64,000 bases of DNA from an uncultured virus (IMG/VR IMGVR_UViG_3300007960_000019) (Duplodnaviria; Heunggongvirae; Uroviricota; Caudoviricetes), in IMG/VR virus record IMGVR_UViG_3300007960_000019; one strand, 5' to 3'. The translations under genes and the position numbers were made by a program. Shown piece after piece: positions 60,158 to 64,000 of this stretch. A model generated the notes under the pieces. The model was not told the origin of the DNA. It saw only the letters and a list, made by a program, of their open reading frames with translations, and made no database searches. The first letter of the stretch is position 1. Each line of letters begins with the position of its first letter.

Positions 60158-61459
60158 ATGACTTACAAGGTAACAGCTAAGAACGACAAGATTTCAATTA
60201 ATGTTACCACTACTGATAACAATGTAAATATCGTATCACCAAACCACTCTGTATCTCTATCCCGTACAGGTGGACAGGGTGCTAAAGGTGATTCTATCAC
60301 TGATGTTTATGTAACAGAGGGTATCCTCTATGTTGAGGTATCTAACAGCGCGGGAGATGTTGTTGATACAATCAATGCAGGAGACTTTTCTGAGATAATC
60401 CGTGCTAATATTGTTGTTGGAAACCTATCAGATGTGACAATCTCTGGGTTGTCTACTGACCAAATCTTAAGATACAACAGTGTATCAGGTGATTGGGAAA
60501 ACTACTCACTTACTGACGATTTCTATACAGAAACAGAAGTGGACTCACTACTGTCTGGTAAGTCAGATGTTGGCCATACCCATGACGATCGCTACTATAC
60601 TGAAACAGAAGTAAACTCTTTGCTCGCAGGTAAAGAGAACGCCGATGCTACTATCCTTAAAGATGCAGATATCGGTGTTACTGTTCAAGCTTATGACGCT
60701 ACTCTTCTTAATGATGCTGATATTGGTGTCACTGTTCAGGGTTACGATGCAACTATCCTCAAGGATGCTGATATTGGTGTCACTGTTCAGGGTTACGATG
60801 CAACTATCCTCAAGGATGCTGATATTGGCTCAACAGTGCAAGCTTATGATGCAGGTTTAACAAGCATTGCGGGTCTACCTACAATCGCTGACAAGATGCT
60901 CTATACCACTGGTACAGACACTTGGTCAACAACCTCTCTAACAAGCTACATCAGGACCCTACTTGATGATCCTGACGCAGTTACTGCTCGTAGCACTCTT
61001 GGGTTAGTTATTGGTGCAGACGTACAAGCTTATGACCCTAATAACGTCGTAGATGCTGACTATGTTCATACCGATAACAACTTTACAGACTCATTGAGAA
61101 GTAAACTCATTGGTGTAGAATCAGGTGCTACAGCTGACCAGATCGCTTCCGAGGTTCCATTCCTTAATACAGACTCTGGGTTAATAGCTACAGACGTTCA
61201 AGAAGCTATCGACGAGGTAGTCGTACTTATAGAGTCTACTACTCTTGGAGATCTATCTGATGTAGCAGATACCGCCTCAATCACAGGCGAAACTGTAATG
61301 TTTGATTCCACAAGTCATACTTGGGTAACACGAAAAGCAACAACAAACGATATTTCTGATATTGACAACACTAACAAAGCCGATGGAGCGGTATTAGTGT
61401 ATAGCTCAACAAGCCAGAAATATGAGTCAAATGTATATTTACAAGGAGGTAGCTTCTAA
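60158..61459 (+). CDS. tail fibre protein
   Basis: HTHDDRYYTETE, four 17-aa DATILKDADIGVTVQ(A/G)Y repeats (~60640-60850), ARSTLGL. Confidence 0.75.
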   Translation: MTYKVTAKNDKISINVTTTDNNVNIVSPNHSVSLSRTGGQGAKGDSITDVYVTEGILYVEVSNSAGDVVDTINAGDFSEIIRANIVVGNLSDVTISGLSTDQILRYNSVSGDWENYSLTDDFYTETEVDSLLSGKSDVGHTHDDRYYTETEVNSLLAGKENADATILKDADIGVTVQAYDATLLNDADIGVTVQGYDATILKDADIGVTVQGYDATILKDADIGSTVQAYDAGLTSIAGLPTIADKMLYTTGTDTWSTTSLTSYIRTLLDDPDAVTARSTLGLVIGADVQAYDPNNVVDADYVHTDNNFTDSLRSKLIGVESGATADQIASEVPFLNTDSGLIATDVQEAIDEVVVLIESTTLGDLSDVADTASITGETVMFDSTSHTWVTRKATTNDISDIDNTNKADGAVLVYSSTSQKYESNVYLQGGSF

Positions 61460-62910
61460 TGGCAACCAAAATTATTCTAAAGAAGTCTACCACAGGTGGC
61501 TCAGCCCCCTTAAGCGGTGACTTAGATGTAGGCGAACTAGCCGTAAACCTAGCTGACCGTAAGATCTATGCTAAGAACGGCGGCGGGACTATTATCACAC
61601 TAAATGGTGCTTATGTTGATTCAACAGCACCGGGGAACCCTCAAGAGGGCGACTTATGGTATGACTCTACAAACAATACTCTAAAGTCATACAATGGATC
61701 TGTTTGGGCAGGTGCAGGCTACTCAACGCTAGGTGCTCTTGAAGATGTGACAATCGATACTATTGCTTCTGGGGAAATCCTTAAGTGGAACGGTTCTGCA
61801 TGGGTTAATAATACACTTGCTGAAGCAGGTATCCAACCAGCTGGCTCTTATGCAAGTGCCACACATACCCATTCTATTTCTGATGTGACAGGTCTACAGA
61901 CCGCGCTTGATGGAAAATCATCAACATCTCATAACCACACCCTAGACTCTCTAAGCGATACTACTATTACTTCTATCGCTTCAGGCGAGCTTCTAAAATG
62001 GAATGGCACAGCTTGGGTTAATAACACTATTGCAGAAGCTGGTATTCAACCCGCTGGTAGCTATGCTGCAGCTTCCCATACACACACTTTAGACTCCTTG
62101 AGTAACACAACAATCACCTCTATTGCTTCAGGGGAAATCCTCAAGTGGGATGGTACAGCTTGGGTTAACAATACTCTCGCAGAAGCTGGTATTGCTGCCT
62201 CTTCTCATACACATGCACTAAGTGCTATCACTGATGTAACAGCTACTGCTGCCGAGGTTAACGTTCTTGATGGCATTACTGCAACAACCGCTGAGTTGAA
62301 CTATACTGACGGTGTTACTTCAAACATCCAAACTCAGTTGAACGGAAAGGCTTCAACAAGTCATAACCACACCCTAGACTCTCTAAGCGATACTACAATC
62401 ACAGCCAACTCTTCGGGTGAAATCCTAAAGTGGAACGGTACTGCTTGGGTGAATAATACACTGGCAGAGGCAGGTATCCAACCTGCAGGTTCTTATCTAA
62501 CCTCCGAGAGTGATACTCTGGCGACTGTTACTGCCCGTGGTGCTACTACTTCTAACGCCATTGGTATTACTAATAATACCGCATCTTCCTCCACAAGTAC
62601 AGGTGCTCTAACGGTAACAGGTGGTGTCGGTATTGGGGGTGCCCTCAATGTTGGTGGTAACACTATCATCACTGGTAACTTGACTGTTAACGGTACAACA
62701 ACTACAGTTAACTCTAATACTGTCAACATTGGCGACAACATTATTGTTCTTAACGCTGATGAAACAGGTGTCCCTTCTCAAGATGGTGGTATTGAAATTG
62801 AACGTGGTACTTCTTCTAATGTATCTTTCCTTTGGGTTGAAGCTTCTGACCACTGGTCACTTGGCAACCAAACCCTTGCGGATGTTACATTGGATGGGGG
62901 TTCCTACTAA
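61459..62910 (+). CDS. tail fibre protein
   Basis: MATKIILKKS...GELAVNLADRKIY N-terminal domain; four GE.LKW.G.AWVNNT.AEAGI repeats with HxH metal-binding motifs. Confidence 0.8.
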   Translation: MATKIILKKSTTGGSAPLSGDLDVGELAVNLADRKIYAKNGGGTIITLNGAYVDSTAPGNPQEGDLWYDSTNNTLKSYNGSVWAGAGYSTLGALEDVTIDTIASGEILKWNGSAWVNNTLAEAGIQPAGSYASATHTHSISDVTGLQTALDGKSSTSHNHTLDSLSDTTITSIASGELLKWNGTAWVNNTIAEAGIQPAGSYAAASHTHTLDSLSNTTITSIASGEILKWDGTAWVNNTLAEAGIAASSHTHALSAITDVTATAAEVNVLDGITATTAELNYTDGVTSNIQTQLNGKASTSHNHTLDSLSDTTITANSSGEILKWNGTAWVNNTLAEAGIQPAGSYLTSESDTLATVTARGATTSNAIGITNNTASSSTSTGALTVTGGVGIGGALNVGGNTIITGNLTVNGTTTTVNSNTVNIGDNIIVLNADETGVPSQDGGIEIERGTSSNVSFLWVEASDHWSLGNQTLADVTLDGGSY

Positions 62911-62968
62911 TACCCTTGGGGCGTCCCTCTATAGGGGCGTCCCTCCTCACACATAGGAGAAAAGCCCA

Positions 62969-64000
62969 ATGGCAACCAAGATTATTCATAAAAAGTCTTC
63001 AACAGCTTCCAGCGTACCTGCTTCAGCTAGTTTGGAGCCGGGGGAGCTAGCTGTAAACCTAGCCGATAAGAAAATTTATACAAAGACTACCGGTGGTACT
63101 GTAATTGAGCTTGCTGATGGTGCTAAGCTAGCAGGTATCGAAGCTGGGGCAACCGCTGATCAAACGGCCTCTGAGATTCTAACTGCGATTTTGACCGTTG
63201 ATGGTTCCGGTTCTGGTCTTGATGCTGACACCCTTGACGGCCAACATGCGTCTGCCTTCCTAACAGGGAACCAGACTATTACTCTGTCGGGTGACTTAAC
63301 AGGTTCTGGCACCACTTCGATCAACGCACAGATCGCAGCCAACGTGGTCGGGGCGGATGAGTTGAACGTAACAGGCAACGGTACTACATCACAATACCTT
63401 CGTAGTGACGGTGATGGGAGCTTCACATGGGAAACCCCACCAGACACTAACACTACCTATAGTGCTGGTAACGGTATTAGCCTCTCAGGGACTACATTCA
63501 GTGTAGCCGCCGGGACAGGTCTTACACAAGATGCCTCTGGTCTATCTGTAACAGCTAACGGTATTGGTGCTACTCAGCTTAATGTTGTTGGCGATGGTAC
63601 TACTTCTCAGTATCTCCGTAGTGATGGTGATGGTTCGTTCACTTGGGATACACCTACAGACACTACCTACAGTGCTGGTAATGGTATCAGTCTCTCAGGG
63701 ACAACCTTTAGTGTAGCTGCTGGTGGTGGTCTTACTCAAGACGCCAGTGGTCTGTCACACTCCGACACGTCCACTCAGGCAAGTGTCGACAACTCCGGTG
63801 CAACTGTCATTCAAGACGTGACTCTGGATACCTATGGCCACGTCACCGCACTTGGCAGTGCTACACTGACGGCTTCGACGGTAGGTGCTGTTGCTGCAAG
63901 TTCCGGCTCTGCTACGAACCTGACGTTAGTAGGAACGCCCGTCGAAGACATCTACACTGTCACTGGCACAACTCCCGTTCTGGAGCCTGACAACGGTTCT
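62969..64000 (+). CDS. tail fibre protein (3' truncated by window)
   Basis: AGGAG SD; MATKIIHKKS...GELAVNLADKKIY, SGLDADTLDG, duplicated YLRSDGDGSF.W/TYSAGNGISLSGTTF; frame open to the window end. Confidence 0.8.
   Translation, partial: MATKIIHKKSSTASSVPASASLEPGELAVNLADKKIYTKTTGGTVIELADGAKLAGIEAGATADQTASEILTAILTVDGSGSGLDADTLDGQHASAFLTGNQTITLSGDLTGSGTTSINAQIAANVVGADELNVTGNGTTSQYLRSDGDGSFTWETPPDTNTTYSAGNGISLSGTTFSVAAGTGLTQDASGLSVTANGIGATQLNVVGDGTTSQYLRSDGDGSFTWDTPTDTTYSAGNGISLSGTTFSVAAGGGLTQDASGLSHSDTSTQASVDNSGATVIQDVTLDTYGHVTALGSATLTASTVGAVAASSGSATNLTLVGTPVEDIYTVTGTTPVLEPDNGS

Noticed and set aside
1003..63453. Minus-strand ORFs in the six-frame track
   Set aside because: They overlap well-supported + strand genes and show no recognisable motifs.
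60640..63720. Tandem repeats as a CRISPR array or DGR template/variable repeats
   Set aside because: The repeats are in-frame coding repeats of fibre proteins; there are no unique spacers, cas genes, reverse transcriptase or adenine-specific variation.
63900..64000. Terminal repeat or circular overlap between window end and start
   Set aside because: The similarity is at protein level with many nucleotide differences, so these are paralogous domains rather than identical ends.

Overview
The window is most of a tailed-phage genome, apparently circularly permuted, with essentially every credible gene on the + strand. It combines a siphovirus-type morphogenesis module (terminase, portal, scaffold, major capsid, head-tail connectors, tail tube, frameshifted tail chaperones, tape measure, tail tip, several fibres, holin/endolysin) with T7-like replication genes (PolA, primase-helicase, 5'-3' exonuclease, SSB) and class II RNR. 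No integrase is seen. The host is possibly an alphaproteobacterium (inference from the GTA-type holin, SbmA/BacA and NrdJ). The most notable system is a two-polymerase transcription design. (1) A 1591-aa gene between portal and scaffold fuses a MuF/SPP1-gp7 minor head domain, with an inserted TIKI/EreA/ChaN-like domain, to a T7-family RNA polymerase, suggesting a virion-packaged RNAP. (2) A separate 727-aa T7-like RNAP is followed by, and plausibly serves, five copies of a T7-like promoter (AATACGACGTACTAATG). A second motif (GCATCTATAATG) occurs only at the start of the putative early region. Other highlights: a ~260-nt structured ncRNA candidate behind one promoter, a MotA/ExbB-ExbD-like plus SbmA/BacA plus ClpP membrane cluster, several cis-regulatory RNA structures, a gene flanked by a 36-bp direct repeat, and an amber-interrupted virion gene. 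All calls come from motif recognition by eye; no database searches were run.
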